A program made the position numbers and the translations under genes. Source: an uncultured virus (IMG/VR IMGVR_UViG_3300025652_000050) (Duplodnaviria; Heunggongvirae; Uroviricota; Caudoviricetes; Crassvirales). From it: a stretch of DNA of 64,000 bases. Under the pieces are notes generated by a model. The model was not told where the DNA came from. It was given only the letters and a program-made list of their open reading frames with translations, and did no database searches. This document shows, in pieces, positions 47,250 to 58,218 of this stretch; position 1 is the first letter of the stretch, and each line of letters begins with the position of its first letter. The stretch lies in the IMG/VR virus record IMGVR_UViG_3300025652_000050, one strand, 5' to 3'.

Positions 47250-50200
47250 ATGGAAGAAAATAAAAACATAGAAGATCCAAAATACGTTAAAAACGTATAT
47301 AATGCTTTAAAAAGTAAAGTGGATGGTTTTAATAAAACTGAACAAGAGTTTAATGAATCTTTAAAAGATGAAGCTTATGTTATGAATGTTCATAATGCTT
47401 TATCAAAAAAGATTAATGGATTTAATAAAACAAGTGATGAGTTTAAAACACTTATGATGCCATTAAAAAAAAAAGATGGTACGAAAACTCCATCAACATC
47501 TACTACAAAAACTCCAAATACGGGTTCGGTACCAACAAATGGTTCTTTGGATTCCAAACAACAAAATAAACAATCTGCATTTTCAACAAAAAAAGTAGGT
47601 TTACCAGATGCTAGTGGAAAATTAGTAAATCCAATATCAGTAAATGAAAAAACACCTTATGAAAATGAAAATTTAAGAATTGCAAATAAAGCTTATGATT
47701 ATGCATTATCTAAATTAGATAAAAAAACTTCTGAAGATAGGCTTTCAAGCGAATTAAATCAATATGAATTTTCTGATGGATTAAAAGAAGGAGCTAAAAG
47801 TCTTTTTAATTCTATTATTGGTGATCCTTTAACAAAAATAAACGAAAAACTTGGTGGTAATAAGGATTTTAAAATTGGTGAATACAAACCGCTTCAGAAA
47901 GAATTAATTTTAGCTGAAAAAGAAATAAGAAAAGAAAAACCAGGAGTTAAGAATATTAGTTCGGTAGAAATTAAAGATAGAGCTGAAAAAATATTTATTG
48001 AGAATGACTTACAGACTCAAATGAATCAACTAATAGATGAATCATTACCTTATGGATATGACAGAGAAGGTGTTTTTAAGGAATTAAAGTTAAAAGAAAT
48101 AAACAGCAATGATTTTTTAAGACAAAAAATTATAGGAGCTGAAGTTCATAAAAAACAAATTGAACAGTTTACTGATTTTGAAAAGACTATTAATAAAGAA
48201 AATCCAACTGAACAAGATGTTTTACAATATAATAGTTTGTTTGAAAAAGCTTCAATAGCTGTAAAAAGTTTAAAACATTTAGAAGAAAACTTTGATAATA
48301 TTTTAAAAGAAGCAAAAACAGATGGAGAAAAATTAGAACTTTTCAAATATAACTACAATGATTTTGAAAAATTTTCAAGTAATTTATACACAACATCATT
48401 AGGTATTATAGGCGGGGCATCAAAATTAGCAGGAGATACAATTAAATACGTATCGCCAGAAGCTAACAAAAATACACCAACTAAAGTTATTGGAAATGCT
48501 TTGTCTGGACTAGGTGATGAAATGATGAAAGATGCGAATGCGTTATCAAATCAATTCTACAACTACAAAGCATCAAGTTTAAATAGTTTTTCTGATTTAG
48601 GTTCATTTGCAGGGCAATTAATTTCTCAACAATTACCTATTCTTGGAACTATTTACTTAGGTGGTAATTTTGGTGTTGGAGCAGTTTCAATGTCTTCAGG
48701 TGGTCAAAAAATTCAAGGATTAGAAGAACAAGAAAAATCATCTTTTGGAGCAATAAATTATTCTGATGGAAAGAAACTTGCTGCCGGATGGCTTTATGCG
48801 GGTGCTGAATTTTTTCCTGAAAAAATAGGTACTACAAGAATTTTTAAAGATTTAGAAAGAACTGTAGCTTCTGCTTCAAGTGCTTCAAGAAAACTTTTTA
48901 ATCAAGGATTAATTAAGAGTACTCCTAAAGCAATAAGGAAAACTGCATTTAATATAGGTTTAGAAGGTGGAACAGAATACATAACTACTGAAGGTCAAAT
49001 AACTATTGACCAAGAACTTTTAGGTATCATAAAAACTGATTACGAGAAAAAAGAATTAAGAAAAGAAAGCACAATTGCAGGTGGTTTTATGGGTGGAGCA
49101 ATGTCTATTGGTGGTGGTGCAATGGCATTAATAGTATCTCAGTCAAAACTATACTCAGATAATAATGATATTAGAGAAGTTCAATCTTTGTTGAAAAACA
49201 TAGACAAAATACAACAAGAAATTGAAAACAATAGTCTTTTAACAGATGAAGAAAAAACATCTTTGTATAAAGAGATGAATGAAATTAACAATAAAGCTTT
49301 TGATATTGTTGCTAAAAATGCAAACAAAGGTGTTGATTTAAGTTTTCAAGACAAATCATTATTAGTTGATTTTAATTCAAAACAAATAGATTTAAAAGAA
49401 AAATACAAAGAAATAGTAAATTCAAATTTCTCAAAAGAAATAAAAGATTCTAAAATAAAAGAAATAGAATCTGAATTTAATACATTGGAAAAAAACAGAG
49501 TAAAAGTTTTAAATGGAGAATATACTGTATTAGATTCAATGTCTGATAGTGAATCTTTAAAATACAAATATAAGGCAGCAAAAGAGCTTTTAGCAGACGC
49601 AAAATCAAAAGGCTTAACTGACACTAAAATAAAATTTACTGAAGAGCAAATCAACAAAAAAGCTATTGAAATTTACAATAATTCAAAGATAAACTTAAAT
49701 GCTAAAAAGGGAGATGAATTATATACTAATGAAATTAAAACAAAAGTAGATGATGTACAAGAAAACGCAGTTACCAAAGAAGAACAAAGTCCACAATCAC
49801 AAACCGAAATCAAAGAAACAGAGCAAGAAGTATTAGATGTTGATGAAGAAACTGAAACAACTACAACTATTTCGGAAGCTTTAAATGATAATAAAGACAT
49901 TTATGTTTATAATGGAGAAAAAGGTCAAGTAAATTTAAGTGGTGAAATAGTTGTGTTTGAAACAAATGATAAGATAATTGATTTAGGTAATATTAATGAT
50001 TTATCAGAAGCTACATTAGAAGAGTTTGGAATAACAAAAGAACAAGAGTTAGACATTGTTTTAAATGAAGACAACAGTATAGAATTTAACGGTAAAAAGT
50101 ATGTAAATAATTATAGTAATCCTGAATCAGCTTTCAGTAAAGACAAAGATGGTAATTATACTGTTAGTTTAGAAACTGAAAATGGTCAAAAAAGAACTTT

Positions 50201-53200
50201 TAGAGGTCAACAAGCTGACCAAATAGTTTATCAAACAAAACTTAAAAACTTTGAACAAAATGCAACAGAACAACAAATCGAAGAAGCAAGTAGACTTGCA
50301 GACGAAATTATCGAATCTGAAAAAGAAATTAGAGAGTCTTCCCCTAAACGAAAGGGTAAAAGTGTTAGAAAAGGTAAACGAACTACTTTAAAAAAGACAT
50401 CATCAAATAACGGTAAAATAACTGATGTAGAGTATAGTGATTTTATTGATAAAGGAATTGTTTCAGAAGAAAGGTTAAGTAGTATTGCTAATAAAGTTAA
50501 AAATCAAGAAAAACTTTCAGAAAAAGAAACAGCTATTTTTAACGACAAAACTTCTGAAATTAATGAAATACTAAAAAATGAAGCAACACCGGCAGAAAAT
50601 AATGTTCCTGATGGAAACTCTGGGATTGGAGTTAAGCCATTGGGAGAGATGGGAGAAGCAGGGAAACAAGAAGGAGCAGTTGATAACCAAGAAGGTATTC
50701 AACCAACCGTTGAGTCCAAGCCAACTGAGGGAAAAGTTCAAGCAGTAAAAATTTCAGTTGGAAAATACGATTATACATTTGAAAATGGAACTTGGACCGC
50801 AAAAGATAAAGATGGAAACATTAAAGAAAAAAACAAATCTACTTATATCAATAAGAAAGGTAAAAAAGTAAAAAGGAAAGAAAAGTACATTCCAAACAAA
50901 GTTTATGAAGAATTTGCTAAAACAATTAACTTTACTGAAGGAGAAAAAGTAATTGATGACCCTTATGTTAATGGAGAAGAATATGTTTATGAAGTAGCTA
51001 AAAGGTCAAAAAATCCTGCTGAAATAGCGGGAGAAATTGCTTATGCAGAAACTCAAGATTTTAATGAAAAGAAGCACCCTTTACTTTTAGCAATAGCAAA
51101 AGTTATAGGAACAAAATCAGTAAACAGACAAAGTTTTATAGACGCTAGTGATATTAGTAATATTAATCAATCAATAGGACTACAATACTTTACTCCAAAA
51201 GAAAAAGGTAAAGGAAAAGGTATTGACCAAATAGCACAATATGTAGAGATTGAATTTTATGGTGATTACAATGCTAATGAACCAAGAGTTACAGAGGAAG
51301 ATATTGTTAAGTTTATTTTAGATAATCCAGGAGGAACTGAAAAGTTTTTAAACGAAAATAAGAATGAAATTTTAGATTCTTTAAAAACTGCATTTACAGA
51401 TGTAACCGGATTACCTGCAAACCAAAAATTTTTAGAACAAGCTATTGACCAACAAATTGAAAAACAAGAAAGAATAGCAGGTCAAGACATTTTATTTGCT
51501 TATAATCAAGAGCAACTGATAGAATTATCAAAAGAATTAGATGAATTTAAAAAACAAGAAAATGGAACAGAAACTACAACCAACAAGTCTGATGAAAAAA
51601 TTAGCAATCCTAAAAATATTGCAGAAAGCCAACCAAAATCAGAAAGCGAAGAAGTTTCTGGAAAACAAGTTGAAGGAAACAAAAGAAGAACCGACCAAAT
51701 AAATGATATACTAAATGATTTAGATAAGAGGTTAGAAGATTTTGGAAGAAACAACCTTGGTATTAATATAGCAGGAGTTGTTGCAAGAGGAGCTATAAAA
51801 GCAATGAAATTAGCCAACAATGGAGTTGCTACATTAGAAGATGTAGTAAAAGCAGGTATTGACTATATAAAATCAACAGATTGGTATCAGAATTTAGATG
51901 AATCTAAGCAAGATATGATTAATGAAAATACTTTATTGGACATTTTAGATAACACCATTAAAGAAAACGAAAAATCAAAAAAAGTAATTGCTGATTTAAG
52001 ACAGAAAATAAAAGACAATAAATCAAACGCAAAACAAATCGTTGAGGATATTAAAAACTTCTTGGCAAATAATTCTATTGATGGAGTTCTTACACCTGCA
52101 CAAGCAGATGCTTTAATTAGAAAATCAAATGATATTTTAGTAGCAACAGATACTTTAAAAGCATTTGATAAATTCATTGAATACTATGAAAAAGTAAAAA
52201 CAAAAGCAGAGAACAAACTTAATGACAAAGCTAAAATAAAGGCTAAATATGAACAACAAAAGAAACAAGTTTTAGATTTAAAAGCTCAAGGAAAATCTTT
52301 AGCAGATATAATTTCAATACTTAATCAGTCAAGAGTAAAAGAGTTGTCTGAAAAAGAAACTCAAATTGTAGAAATGATTTTTAAAACTGCTGATGTAGCT
52401 AAAATGACTAATGCAGAAATAAAAACCTATGTTGATGAAATGTTTGCAGAATCAAGAAAAATCGTTTCTGATTCAAACAAGCCTTGGAAAAGAGTAAAAG
52501 AATCGTTTAAAGGATTAAGGGTTAAATTCCTTGATTCACAAGCAACTGCTAAGAAGATACTTAACAAGAGTAATTTATCTTTAGTAACAGATAGAATGAT
52601 TGCTTTAAAAGGTGCTTCAGCAAAAGCAGAAATTGTTTTTGAACAAGCTAAAACAAAAATTTACTCTAAATTAAACACAGAGCAAAGGCAAAAACTTGAT
52701 GAAATTATTTCATTAAGAAGAATAATTGCAATTGACAAAAATAGGGCAGAAAGAGGATTAACTCCTTTATTACACTCTAAATATGTTAATGGAGAAATGT
52801 CTCAAAGAAAACTAGAGACAATGGAGCAAGATATGGGTAAAGAAGAGTTTGATAATCTTAATGAAAGAGCTGATTTTTACTTTGATGAATTTAGAAATAT
52901 TCTAAATGAAATGGAAGAAAATGGTTTAATTAGTAAGCAAACTAGAGACCAATTATTTGAAGTTGATTATCAACCAAGAAAGTTTTTACATCACTTAATG
53001 AATGGTTCCGAAGAAATTTCAGAGAATGCAAAAGCATGGCAGAAATCAACTTATGGATTATCAGGAGACCAAGTATTAAAACTAGACCAAGGTTCAGTTG
53101 AAGCAATGGTTTTAAATTCTGAATGGCTTTTAGCAACTGCAGTAAGTATGCGACAAAAAAGTATGTTTATGAATAAGTTAAATACAAAATTAGCAACTGA

Positions 53201-55376
53201 ATTTAATAAAAAATCTACTGAAATAGAAGCATTAAGACAAAAACCAAATAAAACTAAAGCAGAAATAAAGCAGATAAAAGAATTTAAGAATTTATCAGAA
53301 ACTTTTATACCAAATCCTATTATTGGAGTTACAAAATCAGGTAACCCAAAGTATAAATACAATACTGTAAAACCAGGATATAGAAATGCTTACTACTATG
53401 TTAATGGAGTGCAGCAGAAAATAATGATGAAAGAAGAAATTTACGAGCAATGGTTTGGGGAGAAAAAATTCATAAACAATCCAAAAGCAATTGAAAAATT
53501 AGCTAAATGGAGTGGTTCAAGACTTCTTAAAACAATGGCAACAGGTAGAAACCCATTATTCTTTATAACAAATACTCCTAGAGATTTTGTAAATACTTTA
53601 ATTGTATCACCTGAGTATAGTAAATTCAAACTTTTAGCAGCAGGTCAATTGATTAAAGATTTATTAAAATCATTTGTAGCAATTAAGAACAAAAACGATT
53701 CATTTGAAAAGTATTTTGAATATGGTGGAGGAATGTCATTTTTAAGTTCTGAAGGAATGTTAACAGGTAAAAGTTTGACAAGAGAAATACTTGAAAACTC
53801 TAAAAATAAAACTGTAAAAACTATATTAGATGCCAATATAAAAGACAAGGCAGGAAAAGTATTAGATTGGCTTACATTACATGAACTTAATCAATATTCT
53901 GAACTTATTTTTAGAATTGCAATATTTGATAGAACAGTTAAAAATGAACTTGGTAAAATAAATGAAACTGATATAAACTCTCTTTCAAAAGAACAACAAG
54001 AAGATATTTATTTCAGAGCAGTTGCTTCAGCTAGAAGTGTAATGGATTTCAATCAAGGTGGTTACATCACTAAAGATATGGAATCAGTTATGCCTTACTT
54101 AAATGCTGCAACACAAGGTTCAAGAGTTTTAATGGATGCATTCGTTGAAAGACCAATAGAAACAACATCTAACATACTTCAATTAACTGCTATGGGAGTT
54201 ACAGGAGCTATGGGTATGTCGATTGCTTTATCAGGACTAGGAAAAGATGATGATGACGAAAGAACATCAACTCAAATTTACTTAGAAAATCTTGAAATGG
54301 TTAGTCCATACGATAGAAGAAACTTTTTCATAATTTTTACAGGTAGAAAAGATGAAGATGGAAACCCAGAATATTTAAAATTTGCAAAAGCACAACAAAT
54401 AACTCCATTTACACAAATAGCAGAACATCATACTGAAAACTATTTCAGAAAACAATATGGTTTAAAAGAAAAAGACAATTTATTAGAAAAGTCTTTATCA
54501 GCAGTAAATGATAATATTTCTCCAATACAGTTTATGTCATTTAAGGATGACCCATCATTAGTAGGCATATCATTAATGGCTAGAAACCCATTTGGAAGAG
54601 CTGCTATGACTTACGCAACAGGTTATGATTTTTACAGACAAGAAAAACTTTCATGGGATATTGATAATAAAGATGTTCCTAAATATATGGAAGGATATAC
54701 TTCTGATAGAGTAGATGATTTTTATAAAGAGTTAGGTCAAGATTTAAAAATATCTCCTATAAGAACAAAAGCTTTTGTGGAAAGTATTGTAACATCACCA
54801 GGAACAAATCCATATTTAGGTGTAATTTATGCAGGATTAGATGCAACAATGTCAGAAGATCAAACTAAAAACAGACTTGAAATTTTAAAAGAGAACACTT
54901 TAAAAAACATTGGTAAAAGAGCGATTGGTTTTGGAAAACCATACAATGTTACTTTAGAAGAGAAGGAAAAACTTAAAGAACAAATTGAGGAGATTCAAGC
55001 AGAAAATATTATTTTCAATAAAAAAGTTGATGATATTGCAAAAGGATTTATCAATAAAACTGAATCACGAAAAGTTTTAGTAGATAGATTGAAAAAAGAA
55101 CTAAAATTAGAACCATTTAAAGCCGAGAGAGCAGTAAAAAGATTGGAAGATAAGATTAAGTTTAGCGATGTTGACCAATTCTATTTAGATTTAAAGTACG
55201 AGAATAATAATGAAGTAAAAGCTTTAATGATTTTTAATAAGTTTGGTGATATAAGCAAACTATCTCCTGAAAAAAGAAAAGAAGCAGGAAAACAACTTGA
55301 AGATATAAGTTTCACGTTTAATGATGAAACTGCAAATAAGTATAGAGAATTACTTATAGAATTTGAAGAAAGATAA
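47250..55376 (+). CDS. Giant internal virion / ejection protein
   Basis: 2708 aa; G/A-rich hydrophobic segments; MDFNQGG...PYLNAATQG C-terminal region like large polyvalent proteins. Confidence 0.7.
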   Translation: MEENKNIEDPKYVKNVYNALKSKVDGFNKTEQEFNESLKDEAYVMNVHNALSKKINGFNKTSDEFKTLMMPLKKKDGTKTPSTSTTKTPNTGSVPTNGSLDSKQQNKQSAFSTKKVGLPDASGKLVNPISVNEKTPYENENLRIANKAYDYALSKLDKKTSEDRLSSELNQYEFSDGLKEGAKSLFNSIIGDPLTKINEKLGGNKDFKIGEYKPLQKELILAEKEIRKEKPGVKNISSVEIKDRAEKIFIENDLQTQMNQLIDESLPYGYDREGVFKELKLKEINSNDFLRQKIIGAEVHKKQIEQFTDFEKTINKENPTEQDVLQYNSLFEKASIAVKSLKHLEENFDNILKEAKTDGEKLELFKYNYNDFEKFSSNLYTTSLGIIGGASKLAGDTIKYVSPEANKNTPTKVIGNALSGLGDEMMKDANALSNQFYNYKASSLNSFSDLGSFAGQLISQQLPILGTIYLGGNFGVGAVSMSSGGQKIQGLEEQEKSSFGAINYSDGKKLAAGWLYAGAEFFPEKIGTTRIFKDLERTVASASSASRKLFNQGLIKSTPKAIRKTAFNIGLEGGTEYITTEGQITIDQELLGIIKTDYEKKELRKESTIAGGFMGGAMSIGGGAMALIVSQSKLYSDNNDIREVQSLLKNIDKIQQEIENNSLLTDEEKTSLYKEMNEINNKAFDIVAKNANKGVDLSFQDKSLLVDFNSKQIDLKEKYKEIVNSNFSKEIKDSKIKEIESEFNTLEKNRVKVLNGEYTVLDSMSDSESLKYKYKAAKELLADAKSKGLTDTKIKFTEEQINKKAIEIYNNSKINLNAKKGDELYTNEIKTKVDDVQENAVTKEEQSPQSQTEIKETEQEVLDVDEETETTTTISEALNDNKDIYVYNGEKGQVNLSGEIVVFETNDKIIDLGNINDLSEATLEEFGITKEQELDIVLNEDNSIEFNGKKYVNNYSNPESAFSKDKDGNYTVSLETENGQKRTFRGQQADQIVYQTKLKNFEQNATEQQIEEASRLADEIIESEKEIRESSPKRKGKSVRKGKRTTLKKTSSNNGKITDVEYSDFIDKGIVSEERLSSIANKVKNQEKLSEKETAIFNDKTSEINEILKNEATPAENNVPDGNSGIGVKPLGEMGEAGKQEGAVDNQEGIQPTVESKPTEGKVQAVKISVGKYDYTFENGTWTAKDKDGNIKEKNKSTYINKKGKKVKRKEKYIPNKVYEEFAKTINFTEGEKVIDDPYVNGEEYVYEVAKRSKNPAEIAGEIAYAETQDFNEKKHPLLLAIAKVIGTKSVNRQSFIDASDISNINQSIGLQYFTPKEKGKGKGIDQIAQYVEIEFYGDYNANEPRVTEEDIVKFILDNPGGTEKFLNENKNEILDSLKTAFTDVTGLPANQKFLEQAIDQQIEKQERIAGQDILFAYNQEQLIELSKELDEFKKQENGTETTTNKSDEKISNPKNIAESQPKSESEEVSGKQVEGNKRRTDQINDILNDLDKRLEDFGRNNLGINIAGVVARGAIKAMKLANNGVATLEDVVKAGIDYIKSTDWYQNLDESKQDMINENTLLDILDNTIKENEKSKKVIADLRQKIKDNKSNAKQIVEDIKNFLANNSIDGVLTPAQADALIRKSNDILVATDTLKAFDKFIEYYEKVKTKAENKLNDKAKIKAKYEQQKKQVLDLKAQGKSLADIISILNQSRVKELSEKETQIVEMIFKTADVAKMTNAEIKTYVDEMFAESRKIVSDSNKPWKRVKESFKGLRVKFLDSQATAKKILNKSNLSLVTDRMIALKGASAKAEIVFEQAKTKIYSKLNTEQRQKLDEIISLRRIIAIDKNRAERGLTPLLHSKYVNGEMSQRKLETMEQDMGKEEFDNLNERADFYFDEFRNILNEMEENGLISKQTRDQLFEVDYQPRKFLHHLMNGSEEISENAKAWQKSTYGLSGDQVLKLDQGSVEAMVLNSEWLLATAVSMRQKSMFMNKLNTKLATEFNKKSTEIEALRQKPNKTKAEIKQIKEFKNLSETFIPNPIIGVTKSGNPKYKYNTVKPGYRNAYYYVNGVQQKIMMKEEIYEQWFGEKKFINNPKAIEKLAKWSGSRLLKTMATGRNPLFFITNTPRDFVNTLIVSPEYSKFKLLAAGQLIKDLLKSFVAIKNKNDSFEKYFEYGGGMSFLSSEGMLTGKSLTREILENSKNKTVKTILDANIKDKAGKVLDWLTLHELNQYSELIFRIAIFDRTVKNELGKINETDINSLSKEQQEDIYFRAVASARSVMDFNQGGYITKDMESVMPYLNAATQGSRVLMDAFVERPIETTSNILQLTAMGVTGAMGMSIALSGLGKDDDDERTSTQIYLENLEMVSPYDRRNFFIIFTGRKDEDGNPEYLKFAKAQQITPFTQIAEHHTENYFRKQYGLKEKDNLLEKSLSAVNDNISPIQFMSFKDDPSLVGISLMARNPFGRAAMTYATGYDFYRQEKLSWDIDNKDVPKYMEGYTSDRVDDFYKELGQDLKISPIRTKAFVESIVTSPGTNPYLGVIYAGLDATMSEDQTKNRLEILKENTLKNIGKRAIGFGKPYNVTLEEKEKLKEQIEEIQAENIIFNKKVDDIAKGFINKTESRKVLVDRLKKELKLEPFKAERAVKRLEDKIKFSDVDQFYLDLKYENNNEVKALMIFNKFGDISKLSPEKRKEAGKQLEDISFTFNDETANKYRELLIEFEER

Positions 55377-55433
55377 AATAAAGTTTGGGAGTAGCCACCA
55401 ATTAAAAAACGTGAGGTATTTTATTTAAAATAG

Positions 55434-55463
55434 AAACCCTATCCGATTGAGATAGGGTTTTTT
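55434..55463. terminator. Terminator between convergent modules
   Basis: AAACCCTATC...GATAGGGTTTTTT. Confidence 0.85.
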
Positions 55464-55490
55464 ATTTTCAGGGAGTTTAACTAATACTTG

Positions 55491-55628
55491 TTAGTTTTTG
55501 TCGTTGATTATTTCTACTATTTCTTCAACAGTTTCACAAATAATCATTGGTTCATCACAGTCTAACATGTTGTATGCTTCGTAGCCTGAAACTTTGCTTG
55601 GTTCTATTCGGTAGTTTTTGTAAGTCAT
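55491..55628 (-). CDS. Small hypothetical protein (45 aa, not in ORF track)
   Basis: MTYKNYRIEP...IINDKN*. Confidence 0.55.
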   Translation of the reverse strand: MTYKNYRIEPSKVSGYEAYNMLDCDEPMIICETVEEIVEIINDKN

Positions 55629-55640
55629 GGAGTTTTGGTG

Positions 55641-56405
55641 TTATTTGTTAAAAATACAATATTTTTCTTCGTAAATTCCTAATTCGATATTAATTTGATT
55701 TCTTAGTTCTATTCTTTTTTCTAAAGAATGTTTTTTGCTTATTTTTTTAAGCTTTAAGACTATTTTTTTTGCTTTAAATGTTAGTTCCTCATATTCAAAA
55801 GATTTTAACTTAGGAGTTTCTGTAGCCTTTAAATCTGTTATAAAGTTCATATAATCTTGTCCATACTCTCTAATAACTCCTTCTCTTAAAAGACCATCAT
55901 CATTTTGAAAGTGATTTGACTGAGCATTTTGTCTATGAATATTATGTAAATTATACTTAATATTTGAATTACCACCTCTTGCGTATATATGACCTGCGTG
56001 AATTTGACCACCTCTTTGTCTTGCTAAACAATCTAATCCAAAATCTATTAATCTAACTATTTTATTAACTTCTTTTTGGAGTTCGTTTTTCCAATTAGTT
56101 GTACTTGATTTAAGTTTTTGTTTAAACTTTTTCTCATTTTGTATTTTAGTTTTTTCAACTATTTTTAAAGCATACGAAACTTTACAATCTATATTATCAC
56201 AAACTTTATTTTCATACCTACCAACTGGCATGAAATATTCTTTACATTCTTGACATTTTTTTTTCTTTATTACTAATGGAGATTTCAGTTTCAAATTTGG
56301 TTTTTTGTCCTTGTTGAAACATTCTCTTGAACAATGTCTTTCAGTTTTACTGTACTTTGGAGTAAATTCTTTTCCGCAACTTGGATTTTTACACTTCTTT
56401 GCCAT
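55641..56405 (-). CDS. NinG/Rap-like recombination endonuclease
   Basis: N-terminal CxxC clusters; LQKEVNKIVRLID, HAGH, NIHRQ motifs. Confidence 0.75.
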   Translation of the reverse strand: MAKKCKNPSCGKEFTPKYSKTERHCSRECFNKDKKPNLKLKSPLVIKKKKCQECKEYFMPVGRYENKVCDNIDCKVSYALKIVEKTKIQNEKKFKQKLKSSTTNWKNELQKEVNKIVRLIDFGLDCLARQRGGQIHAGHIYARGGNSNIKYNLHNIHRQNAQSNHFQNDDGLLREGVIREYGQDYMNFITDLKATETPKLKSFEYEELTFKAKKIVLKLKKISKKHSLEKRIELRNQINIELGIYEEKYCIFNK

Positions 56406-56597
56406 CTATTCTGTTTTTTCGATTAACAATTTAACTTCTTTCCAAAACTCCTTTGTTTGAGTCGGTGGAACTTTGAATCCAATGTAAGCTTCGTGTTGTG
56501 TAGCACTTATACATTCTTCTACTAAAATCATAACATACTCTTTGTTGTTATCAAATTTAGCCATTAATTCAATTAGTTTTACTTCTGGTTTTTGCAT
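56406..56597 (-). CDS. Hypothetical phage protein, similar to 11362..11580
   Basis: P..K.IEL..KF...FWKEVK pattern. Confidence 0.65.
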   Translation of the reverse strand: MQKPEVKLIELMAKFDNNKEYVMILVEECISATQHEAYIGFKVPPTQTKEFWKEVKLLIEKTE

Positions 56598-56598
56598 T

Positions 56599-56802
56599 TT
56601 ATAAAAATATTAGTTTGTGGTTAATTCCTTCACGAATTTTAATTCGCTTCTCTTTGTACAGTTTCATTAGAACTTCTCGACATTCTTTATAAGAAATTCC
56701 AAATTCATTCTGAACTTTTACAATTGGTGTTCCGCATTTATTACCGTTTGATTTTTGCTCAAACTCTAGGAATAAAAATATTTCAAATTCTAAATCTTCC
56801 AT
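56599..56802 (-). CDS. Small winged-helix-like protein
   Basis: GNKCGT...LMKLYKEKRIKIREGIN; ATG 56802. Confidence 0.6.
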   Translation of the reverse strand: MEDLEFEIFLFLEFEQKSNGNKCGTPIVKVQNEFGISYKECREVLMKLYKEKRIKIREGINHKLIFL

Positions 56803-56900
56803 GCTAAGTACATCTATATAAGCAGTAAAAAATAAAAAAAGCAATTATCCATGCTATTAATTCATCTATAATTTTATTTAGTTTGTTTCTATTCATAATT

Positions 56901-57164
56901 TTAAAATTTAAACATTGTTACTGGATTAACTCTAATTTCCCAAATTTCAAATACCCATTTAGGTTGGTCTATTGTTTCTTTTTTAGGCTCAATTGCTTTT
57001 TTAGGCTTCTTTTCTTTAAAAACTTTTAAATTTTTTTCTTCCATATATTTATTTACAGAATTAAAGCTAACTTCTAGGTTTAAAGAAATTTGATTGATTG
57101 ACATTTTTAGTCTATTTTCTGAAATGAAGTCTTTTTGTTTTTTTGTAAATTCTTTTCTTTTCAT
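56901..57164 (-). CDS. HTH-like protein
   Basis: MSINQISLNLEVSFNSVNKY. Confidence 0.6.
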   Translation of the reverse strand: MKRKEFTKKQKDFISENRLKMSINQISLNLEVSFNSVNKYMEEKNLKVFKEKKPKKAIEPKKETIDQPKWVFEIWEIRVNPVTMFKF

Positions 57165-57176
57165 TCACGTTTTGGT

Positions 57177-57365
57177 TTAAAATGGTGTATATTCTTTTTT
57201 TGGTTTTAATATTTCGTGTTTATCACGTGCTAATTTTTCTGCTATTGCATCACGAATGAAATCACAAACTCGAATGTTATATTTACCTAAATTTTTCAAT
57301 GTTGTACTTTGAATTTTGGTTAATTTTACGGTTTTAACTTCTGTATATTTTAGTGGTGTTGGCAT
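57177..57365 (-). CDS. Small ribbon-helix-helix-like protein ending PKKEYTPF
   Basis: KTVKLT...VCDFIRDAIAEKL; last 27 nt identical to 1069-1095. Confidence 0.7.
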   Translation of the reverse strand: MPTPLKYTEVKTVKLTKIQSTTLKNLGKYNIRVCDFIRDAIAEKLARDKHEILKPKKEYTPF

Positions 57366-57384
57366 AGATTTGTGATACTTTAGG

Positions 57385-57402
57385 TTCGTACATACAAGAG
57401 TT
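57385..57402 (+). repeat. attI-like conserved site, copy 2
   Basis: TTCGTACATACAAGAGTT; GTT at 57400 begins the cassette. Confidence 0.55.
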
Positions 57403-57412
57403 GGCAGTAATT

Positions 57413-57877
57413 TTACCCAACATTGCGCGCCAATTGCAATTCGAGTTTTTTAATGTTTATCATTTGAGAAACTACATTGCAAATTGCGTTCGCTTGATTA
57501 ATGTAAGTTTTGTCTTTTTGTACTTTTTGAATAGTATCTAAAAGAATTACACTCAAATCATTTTCTTGTATTGCTACAATATTTTTTTTATTTTCTTCCA
57601 TTTTATTAGGGTTGAGTTCGTCTTTTTTCACTTGTATTGATACATTTTTTAATTCATTTTGTCTTTTTTCTAAAACTCCTTGTTTTAGTTTTACTCTTAC
57701 AGGAATTAAATTCTCAATAAATAAATCTATTTCGTTTTCAAAGAAATTATAAGTTTGCTTATCTGTAAAAACAATATAAGTAACTCCTACTTTTTTCCAT
57801 TTAGTTATAGTGATAATTTTATCCTTATAATTAAATTTCTTATCGATTAATAAATTTAGCTTTTGTTGCATCTTCAA
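57413..57877 (-). CDS. Hypothetical protein, cassette cargo
   Basis: ORF whose stop overlaps the cassette end repeat. Confidence 0.7.
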   Translation of the reverse strand: MKMQQKLNLLIDKKFNYKDKIITITKWKKVGVTYIVFTDKQTYNFFENEIDLFIENLIPVRVKLKQGVLEKRQNELKNVSIQVKKDELNPNKMEENKKNIVAIQENDLSVILLDTIQKVQKDKTYINQANAICNVVSQMINIKKLELQLARNVG

Positions 57878-58121
57878 GTTGTTGTTTTAGCTCTAAATTC
57901 AAGTCATAAAGTTTTATAATCTCTATTGATAATTTCTTTATTTGCTCGTCTTTGGTTTCTTTTTCTTCATTCATCGCTCCGTAATATCGGGTGCAAACAG
58001 ATGTAGCAGTTCTTCCAGTTTTCAATGAAGCAATAAAAAACGCTTCTCTTAAATTATTAGGGTTTTTTAAAACCTCTTGTTTAATAATTTCTTCTTCTTC
58101 TGTGGTCCAATTTTTTGCCAT
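57840..58121 (-). CDS. Myb/HTH-like protein, cassette cargo
   Basis: WTTEEEEII...GRTATSVCTRYY. Confidence 0.65.
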   Translation of the reverse strand: MAKNWTTEEEEIIKQEVLKNPNNLREAFFIASLKTGRTATSVCTRYYGAMNEEKETKDEQIKKLSIEIIKLYDLNLELKQQLEDATKAKFINR

Positions 58122-58218
58122 AATATTATTTTTAGTAAAGTTTTCCTAAAGTGGTCGAATTTGACCACTTTAAATATTAAATAGTTAGTAAAATTTTCCT
58201 AACATCAAAAAACTACTG

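Noticed and set aside
47250..55376. Giant protein as a crAss-like virion RNA polymerase
   Set aside because: No DxDxD-type catalytic motif recognised; composition and C-terminus fit an ejection / large polyvalent protein
55384..55415. preQ1-I riboswitch-like TTGG-loop-CCAA-TTAAAAAAC
   Set aside because: Only a 4-bp stem, loop lacks the consensus, and no downstream + strand gene
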